From NCBI RefSeq assembly GCF_003014555.1, contig NZ_PYGE01000003.1, positions 194,206 to 258,205 on the forward strand: a stretch of DNA of 64,000 bases. The letters are read 5' to 3'. This document shows, piece by piece, positions 29,014-39,225 of the stretch. The number at the start of each line of letters is the position of its first letter. The stretch's first letter is position 1. The notes under the pieces were generated by a model. It worked only from the letters and a program-made list of their open reading frames with translations, searched no databases and had not been told where the DNA came from. Made by a program: the position numbers and the translations under genes. This DNA comes from Haloactinopolyspora alba. GTDB taxonomy: Bacteria > Actinomycetota > Actinomycetes > Jiangellales > Jiangellaceae.

Positions 29014-30743
29014 GCCGCCTCCTCCGCGCTGAGCTGGGACTCGACGATCTCCGCGTACGTCGGGCAGGTCGTGATCAGCTCGTCGTGCCGGCCGACGCCG
29101 ACGACGTCGCCGTCCTCGAGGACGACGATGCGGTCGGCGTCGCGGACGCTGGACACCCGCTGGGCGACGATCACGACGGCGGCGTCGACGGTGTGCGGGC
29201 GTAGCGCGGAGCGCAGCCGCGCGTCGGTCGTGAGGTCCAGCGCGGAGAAGGAGTCGTCGAACAGGTACACGTCCGGGCGCCGGACCAGCGCACGCGCGAT
29301 CGCGAGACGCTGGCGCTGCCCGCCGGAGACGTCGGTGCCGCCCTGGGCGATCGGCGCCTCCAGCCGCTCGGGCATCTCCTCGACGAAGTCCCTCGCCTGC
29401 GCGATCTCGAGCGCCTGCCACAGCTCGTCGTCGGTGGCCTCCGGTCTGCCGTAGCGCAGGTTGCTCGCGACGGTGCCGGAGAACAGGTACGGCCGCTGCG
29501 GGACGAAGCCGATGCGCCGTCGCAGCTCGTCCGGGTCGGCATCGCGCACGTCGACGCCGCCGACCAGGACCGCGCCGTCGGTCGCGTCCATGAGCCGCGG
29601 CACCAGGCTGAGCAGCGTGCTCTTGCCGGCGCCCGTGCTGCCGATGACGGCCGTGGTCTCGCCCGGCTCGGTGCGCACCGACACGTCACGCAGCACCGGC
29701 TTCTCCGCACCCGGGTAGGTGAACCCCGCGCCGCGCAGCTCGACGGTCGCGGGCCGGGCGAACTCGGTCACCGGAGCCGCGGGCGTGACCACCGAGGACG
29801 TCGTGTCGAGCACCTCGGTGATCCGCTCGGCCGCGACGGCGGCGCGAGGCACCATCATGACCATGAACATCGCCATCATGACCGACATCAGGATCTGCAT
29901 GAGATAGGTCAGGAACGCGGTCAGCGCCCCTATCTGCATGGCGCCGTCGTCCACGCGCATCCCGCCGAACCACAGCACCGCCACGTTGGACGCGTTGAGC
30001 ACGAGCATCACGAACGGGAACATCAGCGCCATCAGCCGGCCCACGCGCAGCGCGGTGTCGGTGAGGTTCTCGTTCGCCTCCGCGAATCGCCGCCATTCGT
30101 ACGGCTCGCGCACGAAGGCACGCACCACCCGGATGCCGGTGATCTGCTCACGCAGCACCCGGTTGACCGCGTCGATGCGTTCCTGCATGGCGCGGAACTG
30201 CGGCACCATCCGCCGGGCGATGGTCAGCACGCCGGCGGCGAGCACCGGGACGGACACCGCCATCAGCCAGGACAGGCCGACGTCCTGACGCAGCGCCATG
30301 GTGACGCCGCCCACCGCCATGATCGGCGCCATCACGACCATCGTGGCCGTCATCACGACCAGCATCTGGACCTGCTGGACGTCGTTGGTGTTCCGGGTGA
30401 TCAGCGAGGGGGCACCGAAGTGCCCGATCTCGCGTGCGGAGAAGGTGCCGACCTGGTGGAAGATCGCGGCACGGAGGTCACGGCCGACGGCCATCGCCAC
30501 GTAGGCGCCGTGGTAGACGGCGGCGATCATCGTCACGACCTGCATCAGCGTGACCGCGAGCATCCACACCCCGGTGGTGAGGATGTAACCGGTGTCCCCC
30601 CGGGCGATGCCGTGGTCGATGATGTCCGCGTTCAGGGTGGGCAGGTACAGCGCGGCCAGGGTGCCGAGCAGTTGCAGGACCACGACGGCCAGCAGCCTGC
30701 CGTGGTACGGGCGCAGGTGGGTCCGCAGCAAGCGGATGAGCAT
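29010..30743 (-). CDS. ABC exporter, fused TMD-NBD (heterodimer partner 2)
   Basis: Walker [10 protein letters not shown], signature VSGGQRQR and Walker [12 protein letters not shown]; the start is MLIRLLRTH. Confidence 0.85.
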   Translation of the reverse strand: MLIRLLRTHLRPYHGRLLAVVVLQLLGTLAALYLPTLNADIIDHGIARGDTGYILTTGVWMLAVTLMQVVTMIAAVYHGAYVAMAVGRDLRAAIFHQVGTFSAREIGHFGAPSLITRNTNDVQQVQMLVVMTATMVVMAPIMAVGGVTMALRQDVGLSWLMAVSVPVLAAGVLTIARRMVPQFRAMQERIDAVNRVLREQITGIRVVRAFVREPYEWRRFAEANENLTDTALRVGRLMALMFPFVMLVLNASNVAVLWFGGMRVDDGAMQIGALTAFLTYLMQILMSVMMAMFMVMMVPRAAVAAERITEVLDTTSSVVTPAAPVTEFARPATVELRGAGFTYPGAEKPVLRDVSVRTEPGETTAVIGSTGAGKSTLLSLVPRLMDATDGAVLVGGVDVRDADPDELRRRIGFVPQRPYLFSGTVASNLRYGRPEATDDELWQALEIAQARDFVEEMPERLEAPIAQGGTDVSGGQRQRLAIARALVRRPDVYLFDDSFSALDLTTDARLRSALRPHTVDAAVVIVAQRVSSVRDADRIVVLEDGDVVGVGRHDELITTCPTYAEIVESQLSAEEAA

Positions 30744-30820
30744 GGACGAGCTCCGGGTGTCGAGGTGGCTCAGTGGTGGCGTGGCGGGAGGTGCGTCCCC
30801 GCGGTTGCGCTCACGGGGAC

Positions 30821-31381
30821 TCAGTCGGTGGTGTCGCGGACGATGCCGTGCAGGAGCAGGTCGGTAACCTCCGCCGGCGTCATGACAGGTCCTTCGGTCA
30901 GCCGCGCGTGCGAGCCGCCGAAGGCGATGATCCGTAGCAACCGGGCGGCGTCGGCCGGATCGCGGCTCAGCGTGTCCCGGTCGGGCTCGAAGATCGCCGT
31001 CAGCAGCTCGTTCATGCGCTCGAACTGAATGTGCTCGCGCCCGGACTCGGGCTGCGGAACGTTGGCCAGACCGACGGCCGCGGCCAGCTGCAGTACGTCG
31101 AACATGCGCTGCTGCAGCACCACCGCCGCCTGCTCGACCCGTGCGGCCAGCGGCGCAGTCATGTCGATGCTGGTCAGCTGCGACTCGGCCTCCGAAGGAT
31201 CGAGCGCGGCGCGCACGGCGCACCGCAACAGCGAGTCCTTGTCGTCGAAGACCCGGAACAGGGTGCCTTCCGCGACGCCGGCCGCCTCCGCGATCTGCCG
31301 GGTACTCACGTCGAATCCGTGCTCGCGCACCAGCGGGATCGTCGCCGCGACGATCGCGTCCCGGCGCTGCTCGGGCGACAT
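30821..31381 (-). CDS. TetR/AcrR family transcriptional regulator
   Basis: The TetR_N HTH reads IVAATIPLVREHGFDVSTRQIAEAAGVAEGTLFRVF. Confidence 0.8.
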   Translation of the reverse strand: MSPEQRRDAIVAATIPLVREHGFDVSTRQIAEAAGVAEGTLFRVFDDKDSLLRCAVRAALDPSEAESQLTSIDMTAPLAARVEQAAVVLQQRMFDVLQLAAAVGLANVPQPESGREHIQFERMNELLTAIFEPDRDTLSRDPADAARLLRIIAFGGSHARLTEGPVMTPAEVTDLLLHGIVRDTTD

Positions 31382-31435
31382 CGGCGCCGCTCTCGTCCGT
31401 CGTGCACTTGGGGACATCACGGAAGCGAGCTTAAA

Positions 31436-31453
31436 TGAGTGAGAACTCACTCA
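31436..31453. promoter_or_regulatory. Perfect 18-bp palindrome TGAGTGAGAACTCACTCA (candidate TetR operator)
   Basis: It sits in the divergent intergenic region between the TetR gene and the SPFH gene. Confidence 0.45.
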
Positions 31454-31544
31454 CAACATGTTTTTTGTCCGGCCCAGAACTGTGGCCCACGTCACATCGG
31501 CGTCCTACGATCGAGGCAAGGGCACTGCTGGCAGGGAGGTCAGC

Positions 31545-32456
31545 ATGGAGGCGCTGGGAATCGTCCTCGCGGTCTTGCTCATCGCCCTCGTCGTTCTCGG
31601 CGCGAGCGCCAGGATCGTCCGGCAGTTCGAACGCGGTGTCGTGTTCCGGCTCGGCCGGGTCGCCGGACCGCCGCGGACTCCGGGATTCAACTGGATCATC
31701 CCGTTCGTGGACCAGATGCACAAGGTCAGCACGCAGATCGTCACGATGCCCGTCCCGGGGCAGGACGGCATCACCCGCGACAACGTCACCGTCCGCGTCG
31801 ACGCCGTCGTCTATTTCCGTGTCCACGACCCGATCGACGCCACCGTCGAGGTGCAGGACTACGACTTCGCCGTCTCGCAGGTCGCCCAGACGTCCCTGCG
31901 CTCGATCATCGGCAAGAGCGAGCTCGACGACCTGTTGTCCAACCGTGAGGAGCTGAACAGGGGCCTGGCGCTGATGATCGACAGCCCGGCCGTCGGCTGG
32001 GGCATCGAGATCGACCGGGTCGAGATCAAGGACGTCGCGCTGCCGGAGGCGATGAAACGCTCGATGTCACGTCAGGCCGAGGCCGAACGGGAACGGCGCT
32101 CGCGCATCATCACCGCCGACGGCGAGTTCCGGGCGTCGAAGAAGCTGGCTTCAGCCGCGTCCACCATGGCCGAGACCCCGTCCGCGCTACAACTGCGGCT
32201 GATGGAGACGATCGTCGAAGTGGCGGCCGAGAAGAACTCGACGGTCGTCCTGCCGTTCCCGGTCGAACTGCTGCGCTTCCTCGAGCGCGCCAGCGGCAAC
32301 GAGGCACGGGCCGCCGGTAACGAAGCGCTGGCCAGCGGCGACGAGCAGCCGGTCACCGGCGCGGAACCGGAACAGCCGGCGCCGGTCCCGCGACCCCGAA
32401 CCGACGAGGACGCGGATCGGCCCGTCGCGGACGCCGACACGTCCGCCTACACCTGA
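31545..32456 (+). CDS. SPFH/band-7 (stomatin/slipin-like) membrane protein
   Basis: An N-terminal TM helix and the band-7 core (..RDNVTVRVDAVVYFRV..), with a charged C-terminal tail. Confidence 0.8.
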   Translation: MEALGIVLAVLLIALVVLGASARIVRQFERGVVFRLGRVAGPPRTPGFNWIIPFVDQMHKVSTQIVTMPVPGQDGITRDNVTVRVDAVVYFRVHDPIDATVEVQDYDFAVSQVAQTSLRSIIGKSELDDLLSNREELNRGLALMIDSPAVGWGIEIDRVEIKDVALPEAMKRSMSRQAEAERERRSRIITADGEFRASKKLASAASTMAETPSALQLRLMETIVEVAAEKNSTVVLPFPVELLRFLERASGNEARAAGNEALASGDEQPVTGAEPEQPAPVPRPRTDEDADRPVADADTSAYT

Positions 32457-32470
32457 CTGCCCACCTTTCA

Positions 32471-33547
32471 CTACCGCGTGACGCCGCGGGCGACGTCGAC
32501 GCCTCGCGGTGCGACGAAGACCTTGTCCGCGACGCCCTCGCGCTGCCCGCGCAGCGCGTTCTCGAACTCGGAGAGCTCGAAGAAGGCCGGAGTCAGTCGC
32601 TCGAGCCCGAGGCGGGGCAGCACGCTCACGGCCCGCTGGTGCGTGTACGGGTTGATCACCGAGCCCAGCAGTGTGAGTTCGCGACTGAACAGCTCGTGTG
32701 GACGCACCGCCGCGGTGTCGTCGGGCGCGGCCACCCCGAACTCCAGCACCCGCCCGCCGCGCGCGGCCATCGACACCGCCCGTTCCAGCACCGACGCCGA
32801 ACCGACCGCGTCGATCACGGCCGCGAAACCGTCACCGCCGGTGACCGCGCGGGCCTCGGCGTCCGCGTCCGGGTCCGCAGCGTCGAAGGTGAGATCGGCG
32901 CCCATGCTGTGCGCGAGGTCGCGGCGTGCCGGGTTCGGCTCCATCACCACGACCGGGTTCGCGCCGAGCAGCCTCGCCAGTGCTACCAGGATTGCTCCGG
33001 CCGGGCCGCAGCCGTAGATCAGCAACGCCTCCCCGGACACGACCCGGAGGCGGTCCATGCCGTGGATGGCACACGACACCGGCTCGCACATCGCGCCGAC
33101 CCAGGGCACAGTCCGCTCCGGCAGCCGGTAGGCGATCCGCGCCGGCACCACCATCTGGTCGGTCATCCCGCCGTCGAGCCGGACACCGTAGCCGCGCTTG
33201 CCGGCGCACAGGTGCTCCTGCCCGGCGCGGCAGTACCGGCACGCGGTGCAGTACCGATGCGGCTCCACGGTGACCAGATCGCCCACCTCGGGGGCACCGG
33301 GGAGGTCGCCGACGGTGGAGCCGCGCTCGATCACCCGACCGCACACCTCGTGGCCGAGGACGACGCCGACCTCGGCGGGGAAACTCCCCGCGACGATGTG
33401 GGCGTCGGTCCCGCACACGCCCACCGCCGACGGAGCGATGCGGACGTCCTCGGCGCCAAGGCCGGCGGGCACCGACGTGACCGGCTCGACCACGCCGGGG
33501 CCGCGGAACCGCAACGACCGGACCGTCCCGGAGCCGCCGTCAGACAT
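32471..33547 (-). CDS. Zn-dependent alcohol/polyol dehydrogenase (MDR family)
   Basis: GHEVCG zinc site, the structural-zinc CxxCxxC, and a Rossmann GCGPAG motif. Confidence 0.8.
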   Translation of the reverse strand: MSDGGSGTVRSLRFRGPGVVEPVTSVPAGLGAEDVRIAPSAVGVCGTDAHIVAGSFPAEVGVVLGHEVCGRVIERGSTVGDLPGAPEVGDLVTVEPHRYCTACRYCRAGQEHLCAGKRGYGVRLDGGMTDQMVVPARIAYRLPERTVPWVGAMCEPVSCAIHGMDRLRVVSGEALLIYGCGPAGAILVALARLLGANPVVVMEPNPARRDLAHSMGADLTFDAADPDADAEARAVTGGDGFAAVIDAVGSASVLERAVSMAARGGRVLEFGVAAPDDTAAVRPHELFSRELTLLGSVINPYTHQRAVSVLPRLGLERLTPAFFELSEFENALRGQREGVADKVFVAPRGVDVARGVTR

Positions 33548-34190
33548 GGGTCCGCAGCAGGCTCGTGAGCCGGGAGATGTGCTGGCGTGCGGCGGCCTCT
33601 CCGGCGTCCGGGTCGCCCGAGGCGAGCGCCTCGAAGATCTTCCGGTGGTCCTCGACGGCGTGCGCCATGCCGCCGCTGACGCTGGTGGAACGCATCGCGA
33701 TCATGACCTGGCCCTGGATCTCCTCGAGCATCCGCGCGACCACCGGGCTGCACGCCGCGGTGCGGATCTCGCGGTGGAACGCCGCGTCGACGTCGATGTG
33801 CCGGGTGAAGTCGCCCGCCGCGACGACCTCGTCGTGTTCGTCCAGGATGCCCAGCAGCCGGCGCCGCACCCCCGGTCCGAAGTTGACGGTGGCCAGCCGC
33901 GCCGTCATCCCTTCCAGCGCCTCACGCGCCTCGTACAGGCTGACCAGCTGGTCGTGGTCGATCTGCGGGACGATGGCGCCGCGGTTGAAGGTCTCCTGGG
34001 CGAGGCCCTCGTTACCCAGTTGGAGGACCGCGTCGCGGACCGGGCTGCGACTCACTCCCAGCTCGCGGGCGATCGCGGGCACCGACAGCCGGGTGCCCGG
34101 CGGGAACTCGCCGGTGAGGATACGTCGGCGCAGCGTCCGGTACACCCGCTCACCCACCCGCTCGCCCGGTTCCATCAGCGCGTCGCTCAC
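33540..34190 (-). CDS. GntR family (FadR/FCD subfamily) transcriptional regulator
   Basis: A GntR HTH (..RLSVPAIARELGVSRSPVRDAV..) plus an FCD domain. Confidence 0.85.
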   Translation of the reverse strand: MSDALMEPGERVGERVYRTLRRRILTGEFPPGTRLSVPAIARELGVSRSPVRDAVLQLGNEGLAQETFNRGAIVPQIDHDQLVSLYEAREALEGMTARLATVNFGPGVRRRLLGILDEHDEVVAAGDFTRHIDVDAAFHREIRTAACSPVVARMLEEIQGQVMIAMRSTSVSGGMAHAVEDHRKIFEALASGDPDAGEAAARQHISRLTSLLRTHV

Positions 34191-34211
34191 CCGACTCGGC
34201 CCCCTCGATGC

Positions 34212-35138
34212 CTACACGACGCCGGGCACCGGCTCGGTGCCCGGACTCGTGGAACTGTTCCGGAACGTCGCGACGAACCGGGTGTAGCCGGCGGCGACCC
34301 GTGCCGTCGCCGTCTCATGATCCACCTCGCCGGCCAGCAGTCCGCGCATGGCCTCCCACCACACGCTGCGACCAATCGCGAAGCCACCGAAGCCCTGCCG
34401 GCCGGCCGCTGTCAACCATGTGTCGACCTGTTCCGCCGTGGCGCCGGCGCCGAGCAGGATGCACTCGCCTCCGGTGCTGGCGGCGAGCTCGACGGCGTCG
34501 GCGTAGTTAGGCTCCGCACCCAGCTGCTCGAGCTTCCAGACGTCGACGGCCATCGCCCGGCCGAGTTCCTCCATGCCGCGCAGGATCAGCGCGGGCCGCA
34601 GCTGCTCGTCGAACGTCGCGCGGTCTCCGGCGGATTCCAGCTGCGCGGGTGTCGGCGGCACCAGCAGCTCGAACAGGAACCGGCAGCCGGCCTCGTGCGC
34701 CGCGCGCTCGGTGGCGGCCAGTCTGCGCCGTTGCAGGGCGTTCACCTCCGGGTCACCGTCCGGGTTGTAGCGCACCAGCACCTTCGCCAGGTCGGGCCGG
34801 TGGTGCGCGAGATAGGCGGCGACGTCGTCGGGTTCGTCCTCGTACACGTCGAGCCCGCCGCGCTCCAGCGGCATGCTCAGGGTGACGCCGTGGTCGCGAG
34901 CCCGTTCGGCGACTCCGGGTCCGAGCGCGTCGTCGACGAGGATCGCCGCGGACTCGGACGCGACACCGGAGTCGACGCCGCCGTCGACAGCGGCCAGCAG
35001 CCCGTCCAACACCATGTGCTTGCCGCGGCAGATGGCCGCTCGCTCGTCCGGCGCGGCCCGTCGGGTGTGCCCGTAGAGCGCGTGGGTGAGCCACGGCCGC
35101 TGGTCGACGGCGAGCATCAGCAGATCGGCAGGATTCAC
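34212..35138 (-). CDS. Class I aldolase, LacD/tagatose-bisphosphate-aldolase-like (DUF2090-type)
   Basis: The MLAVDQRPWL motif parallels the LacD AFDQR motif; it is a paralogue of the gene at 44076. Confidence 0.6.
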   Translation of the reverse strand: MNPADLLMLAVDQRPWLTHALYGHTRRAAPDERAAICRGKHMVLDGLLAAVDGGVDSGVASESAAILVDDALGPGVAERARDHGVTLSMPLERGGLDVYEDEPDDVAAYLAHHRPDLAKVLVRYNPDGDPEVNALQRRRLAATERAAHEAGCRFLFELLVPPTPAQLESAGDRATFDEQLRPALILRGMEELGRAMAVDVWKLEQLGAEPNYADAVELAASTGGECILLGAGATAEQVDTWLTAAGRQGFGGFAIGRSVWWEAMRGLLAGEVDHETATARVAAGYTRFVATFRNSSTSPGTEPVPGVV

Positions 35139-36145
35139 GAGTCGGCTCCGGAGACGATGTAGGGCTTGAGGAGATCACCGGCGACGAACGCGTCGAAGGC
35201 CGCCTCCAGTTCGGGCAGGGTCAGCCGTTCGGCCAGCACGTCGCGCAGCTCGGCACCGAACCCGCGCAACAGCTCCCAGTTCTCGGCGACCTCGGTCAGC
35301 GGGAAGTAGAACGAGCGGACGGTGAAGCAGTCCGTCCGCCGCCACCGTGGATCGGCCGGCATGGTGTACGGCTCGCCGGACTCGCCGAGCACCACGACCG
35401 CGCCGCCGGGGACGATCACCCGCTGGGCCGCCGCCCGCCCCGCCTGGGCACCGCTCACCTCGACCGTCACGTCGTACTGGTTCTGGCTGTCGAGGTCACG
35501 CGCTTCGGCCGCGCCGAGCTTCACCGCCAGCGCGAGCCGCCCGGGATGCGGGTCGTACGCGTCGACCTGCTCGACACCCATGGCGCGGGCGACCGCGACG
35601 ACGCCGAGGCCCAGCGGACCGCACCCGACGACGAGCAACCGGCGCGGTGTCTCCTGCTGGGTCCGCAGCGCGAGCCGCAGCCCGTGCGCGGCCGTGCCCA
35701 CGGTGTCGAGGCCGAGCACGGCGACGTCGAGCGGAACATCCTCGGGTGCCTCGATCAGGCACCTGGCCGGCACGTCGACGTAGTGCGCGAACCCGCCGTC
35801 GCGTTGCCACCCGATCAGGTCGGTGTAGCGCGTGCACCGGTTGGTCAGACCGCTGTGACACGCCGGGCAGGCCCCGCAGTAGACCGGGATGTACACGATC
35901 CCACGGGTGTCCGGCGCCACCGCGGCGTCCGCGCCCGCGGCGGCCACCGTCCCGGCGATCTCGTGTCCGGGCACGACGGAGGAACCCTGCGCCAGCAGCC
36001 GTTTGTCCGACCCGCACAGCGCGCACACGTCGACCCGCAGCCGGACCTCGCCGGCAGCCACCGGTCCCATCTCGGTGGTCCGGAACTCGACGCGGCCCTC
36101 ACCGAGGAAACGGGCGCCGGTGTTGGTGATGGTTGCCGTGTTCAC
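35135..36145 (-). CDS. Zn-dependent alcohol/polyol dehydrogenase (MDR family)
   Basis: CGSD..GHE zinc ligands, CGACPAC structural zinc, and the Rossmann motif VVGCGPLG. Confidence 0.8.
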   Translation of the reverse strand: MNTATITNTGARFLGEGRVEFRTTEMGPVAAGEVRLRVDVCALCGSDKRLLAQGSSVVPGHEIAGTVAAAGADAAVAPDTRGIVYIPVYCGACPACHSGLTNRCTRYTDLIGWQRDGGFAHYVDVPARCLIEAPEDVPLDVAVLGLDTVGTAAHGLRLALRTQQETPRRLLVVGCGPLGLGVVAVARAMGVEQVDAYDPHPGRLALAVKLGAAEARDLDSQNQYDVTVEVSGAQAGRAAAQRVIVPGGAVVVLGESGEPYTMPADPRWRRTDCFTVRSFYFPLTEVAENWELLRGFGAELRDVLAERLTLPELEAAFDAFVAGDLLKPYIVSGADS

Positions 36146-36981
36146 TTGACCGCACCTCCGGTGATGCCCCGCACCAGCCAGCGCTGGGCGAAGATCGTCA
36201 GAATCAGAGCCGGCAGCGAGATCAGCGCGCTCGCCGCCATCAACCCGCCGTAGTCACTCGCACCCTGGCCGATGAAGTTGAACGCGATGACCGGCAGCGG
36301 GAGCGTGTCGTTGTTCGCCAGCGCCAGCGCGAACAGGAAGTAGTTCCACGAGAAGATGAAGCTCAGCGTCACCGCCACCGACAGACCCGGCAGCACCAAC
36401 GGCAGCACGACGGCGCGGAAGCGGTCCCACACGCTGCATCCGTCCAGCATCGCCGCCTCCTCGAGGCTGACCGGGATGTCCTCGAAGAACGGCACCAGCA
36501 GCCAGATGCACAGCGGCAACGTGATGATCAGGTGTGCCGAGATCAGCAGCGCGAAATTCAGTGCCGTGTTCGACGGCGCGCCGATGTTGACGGACAGGAT
36601 GAACAGCGGCAGCACGAACAACACGCCCGGGGCCATCCGGGCCAGCAAGGTCAGGAACCCGAGCCCGGCCATCTTCCGCCGGACGATCACGTACGCCGCG
36701 GGCGCACCGAGCACCAGGCCGGCCAGTGTCGACCCGCCGGCGATGATGAAGCTGTTGCGGATGTAATACAGGAACGCGAAGCGGTCGAACAGGTTGGTGA
36801 AGTTCTCGAACGTCAGCGGCGCCGTGATGTCGAAGATCGAGCCGGTGATGTCGACGTTGTGCCGGAACGCCGACCACCACATGAACAGCACCGGTCCGGA
36901 GAAGATCAGCGCCGCGATCAGATAGCCCAGGTAGACGCCGGCGAATCTGCGTCGGCGCCGCGTCACGATGTCAGTACTCAA
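36142..36981 (-). CDS. Carbohydrate ABC transporter permease
   Basis: Six TM helices with the EAA motif. Confidence 0.85.
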   Translation of the reverse strand: MSTDIVTRRRRRFAGVYLGYLIAALIFSGPVLFMWWSAFRHNVDITGSIFDITAPLTFENFTNLFDRFAFLYYIRNSFIIAGGSTLAGLVLGAPAAYVIVRRKMAGLGFLTLLARMAPGVLFVLPLFILSVNIGAPSNTALNFALLISAHLIITLPLCIWLLVPFFEDIPVSLEEAAMLDGCSVWDRFRAVVLPLVLPGLSVAVTLSFIFSWNYFLFALALANNDTLPLPVIAFNFIGQGASDYGGLMAASALISLPALILTIFAQRWLVRGITGGAVK

Positions 36982-37933
36982 TGCTCAGCCTCCTGCGCCA
37001 CCACGTGAAGAAGCCGGCGACCACGACGACCAGCAGCAGCAGACTCAGCTGCAGCGCGGCGGCATAGCTGGCCTGCTGGTCGACGAAGGCGGTGCGGTAG
37101 CCGAACACGTTGAGCGTCATCGTCGAGTTGACCGGGCCGCCCTGCGTCATCACATAGACCGTGTCGAAGAACCGCAGCAGGTCGACGGTGCGCAACAGGA
37201 CGGCGACCGACAGCACCGGCATCAGCAGCGGAAGCCCGACCCGGCGGGCCTTCGCCCAGCCGCTCGCGCCGTCGATGGACGCTGCCTCGAACGGCTCGGA
37301 GGGCAGCGACCGGATCCCGGCGGCGATGATCAGCGCCATGAACGGCGTCCACTGCCAGATGTCGACGATCGCGATCGACCAGATCGCGATGTCCGGGTCA
37401 CCGAGCCACACCACCGGGTCGAGCCCGATCGCGGTCAGGATCTGGTTCGCCGCCCCCAGGGTGGGATCGTAGATCAGCAGCCAGACCAGGGCGACCGCCA
37501 CCATTGCGGTGATCGCCGGCACCAGCATCAGCCCCTGGAAGAACCGCCGGCCCGGCACGTCGATGCTGAGCAGGAACCCCAGCGCGAGCCCGAGGACGGT
37601 CTCCACCGTCAGGCAGACGATGAACAGGAACAGCGTGACCTGCACCGAGTTCCAGAACTGTGGATCCTCGAACATGCGGGCGAAGTTCGACCACCCGACG
37701 AACCCGGTGTTCGTGCCGCTCGGTTGCCGTTCGGAGATCGACAGCCACACGGTGTAGATCACCGGCAGGAACACCAGCAGGCCGGTGACGACCATCGCCG
37801 GCATCAGCAACGGCCACACGCCGCGGGCGATCGGTGGCGGCCCGGCCCGCCGCCGGGTGCGCCCGGCGGCGGGGCCGGGCTCTTGCGATGCCCCGGCGGT
37901 CGTCTGTGCGGACGTCGTCGTCACGGTGCTCAC
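36971..37933 (-). CDS. Carbohydrate ABC transporter permease
   Basis: EAA motif EAASIDGASGWAKARR; the GTG start overlaps the substrate-binding protein stop (GTGA). Confidence 0.8.
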   Translation of the reverse strand: MSTVTTTSAQTTAGASQEPGPAAGRTRRRAGPPPIARGVWPLLMPAMVVTGLLVFLPVIYTVWLSISERQPSGTNTGFVGWSNFARMFEDPQFWNSVQVTLFLFIVCLTVETVLGLALGFLLSIDVPGRRFFQGLMLVPAITAMVAVALVWLLIYDPTLGAANQILTAIGLDPVVWLGDPDIAIWSIAIVDIWQWTPFMALIIAAGIRSLPSEPFEAASIDGASGWAKARRVGLPLLMPVLSVAVLLRTVDLLRFFDTVYVMTQGGPVNSTMTLNVFGYRTAFVDQQASYAAALQLSLLLLVVVVAGFFTWWRRRLSIEY

Positions 37934-39225
37934 TCTTCGGACAACAGCGGCGTGAGGCCGTTCTGGATCTCGTCCGCGGCTTCGGCCGCGGTGGCATCCC
38001 CGAGGATCACCTTGCCGATCGCGTCGCCGATGACCTTGCGCATCTCCGGCGCGTTGTTGCCGACGGGGCCGACCTCGACGTTGCCGTTCTTCTGCAGGTC
38101 CGCGACCGCCGCCTGCCACTGCTCGAGCGTGGGCGTGTCGAGCGTGTCGGTGTAGGCGGGGTCCGTGGCCACGCCGTCACGCGGCGGCGCGATGTCGGCC
38201 TCGGTGAGCTTCAGCTGGATCTCCGGGCTCGTCGCCCACTGCATGAACTCCCAGGCCGCGTCCTTCTTCTCGGAGAACGGCGACATCGCGAGACCCCACG
38301 AGAGGACGGTGGGCGCCGGACCGGCCTCGCCGGCGGGCACGGGCGCGACGCCGACGTTGTCCGCGACCGTCGACTTCTCCGGGTCGACCACACTGTTCAG
38401 TTCGTTGCTCGACTCCAGCTCCATGGCGGCCTTGCCCTGCGCGAACAGCGTCGACGACTCGGTGAACGAGTAGTTGATGACGCCCGGCGGGCCGTACTCG
38501 CGGGCGAGGGTCGCGTACTGCTCGATCGCCTCGACCGCGCCGGACTCGTCGAAGTTCGGGGTGCCCTGCTCGTCGGTCCATTCCAGGCCGGTGCCGTGGA
38601 AGAACGGCCCGAACGTGAACGGCAGCGCGGGCGCCTGGCCGCGCAGCGTGATGGGCGTGATGTCGGACGACTTCTGCTCGATCTTCGCCGCCGTGTCGAT
38701 CAGGTCGGTGATCGTCTTCGGCGGGGTCAGTCCCCACTTCTGGAACAGGTCCGTGCGGTAGTAGAGCACCGGCCCTTCGACGTTGAGCGGCAGCGCCATG
38801 GTCTCGCCGTCGACCTTCATGCCCTCGATGGCGCCGGCGCTGAACCCGTCGGCCTTGTACTCCTCGGGGGCTTCGGCGAGGTAGTCGTCGAGGGGTTCGT
38901 AGTAGCCCGACGAGGCGAAGAGCTGGCCTTCCCGGGAGGGCAACGTCATGTAGACGTCCATCGCCGAGCTCTGCGACTGCAGATTGAGCTGGATCTTGTC
39001 GCGGGTCTGCTGTTCGGCGAACGTCTGGACGTCCACGCTGATGCCGGACTCCTCCTCGAAATCGGAGATGAGCGGCTCGATACCGCGCTGCCACGGATGG
39101 TTCGACATCACCAGGGTGACCGTGTCCTCGCCACCCGACGCGGAGTCGGACGGGCTCCCGCAGGCCGGGAGGGCGAGCGCGGCCGCTCCGAGCAGGCAGC
39201 CGGCGATCTTTCTGCGTGTACTCAT
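37930..39225 (-). CDS. Extracellular solute-binding protein (sugar ABC) lipoprotein
   Basis: The start reads MSTRRKIAGCLLGAAALALPACGS, a lipobox. Confidence 0.8.
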   Translation of the reverse strand: MSTRRKIAGCLLGAAALALPACGSPSDSASGGEDTVTLVMSNHPWQRGIEPLISDFEEESGISVDVQTFAEQQTRDKIQLNLQSQSSAMDVYMTLPSREGQLFASSGYYEPLDDYLAEAPEEYKADGFSAGAIEGMKVDGETMALPLNVEGPVLYYRTDLFQKWGLTPPKTITDLIDTAAKIEQKSSDITPITLRGQAPALPFTFGPFFHGTGLEWTDEQGTPNFDESGAVEAIEQYATLAREYGPPGVINYSFTESSTLFAQGKAAMELESSNELNSVVDPEKSTVADNVGVAPVPAGEAGPAPTVLSWGLAMSPFSEKKDAAWEFMQWATSPEIQLKLTEADIAPPRDGVATDPAYTDTLDTPTLEQWQAAVADLQKNGNVEVGPVGNNAPEMRKVIGDAIGKVILGDATAAEAADEIQNGLTPLLSEE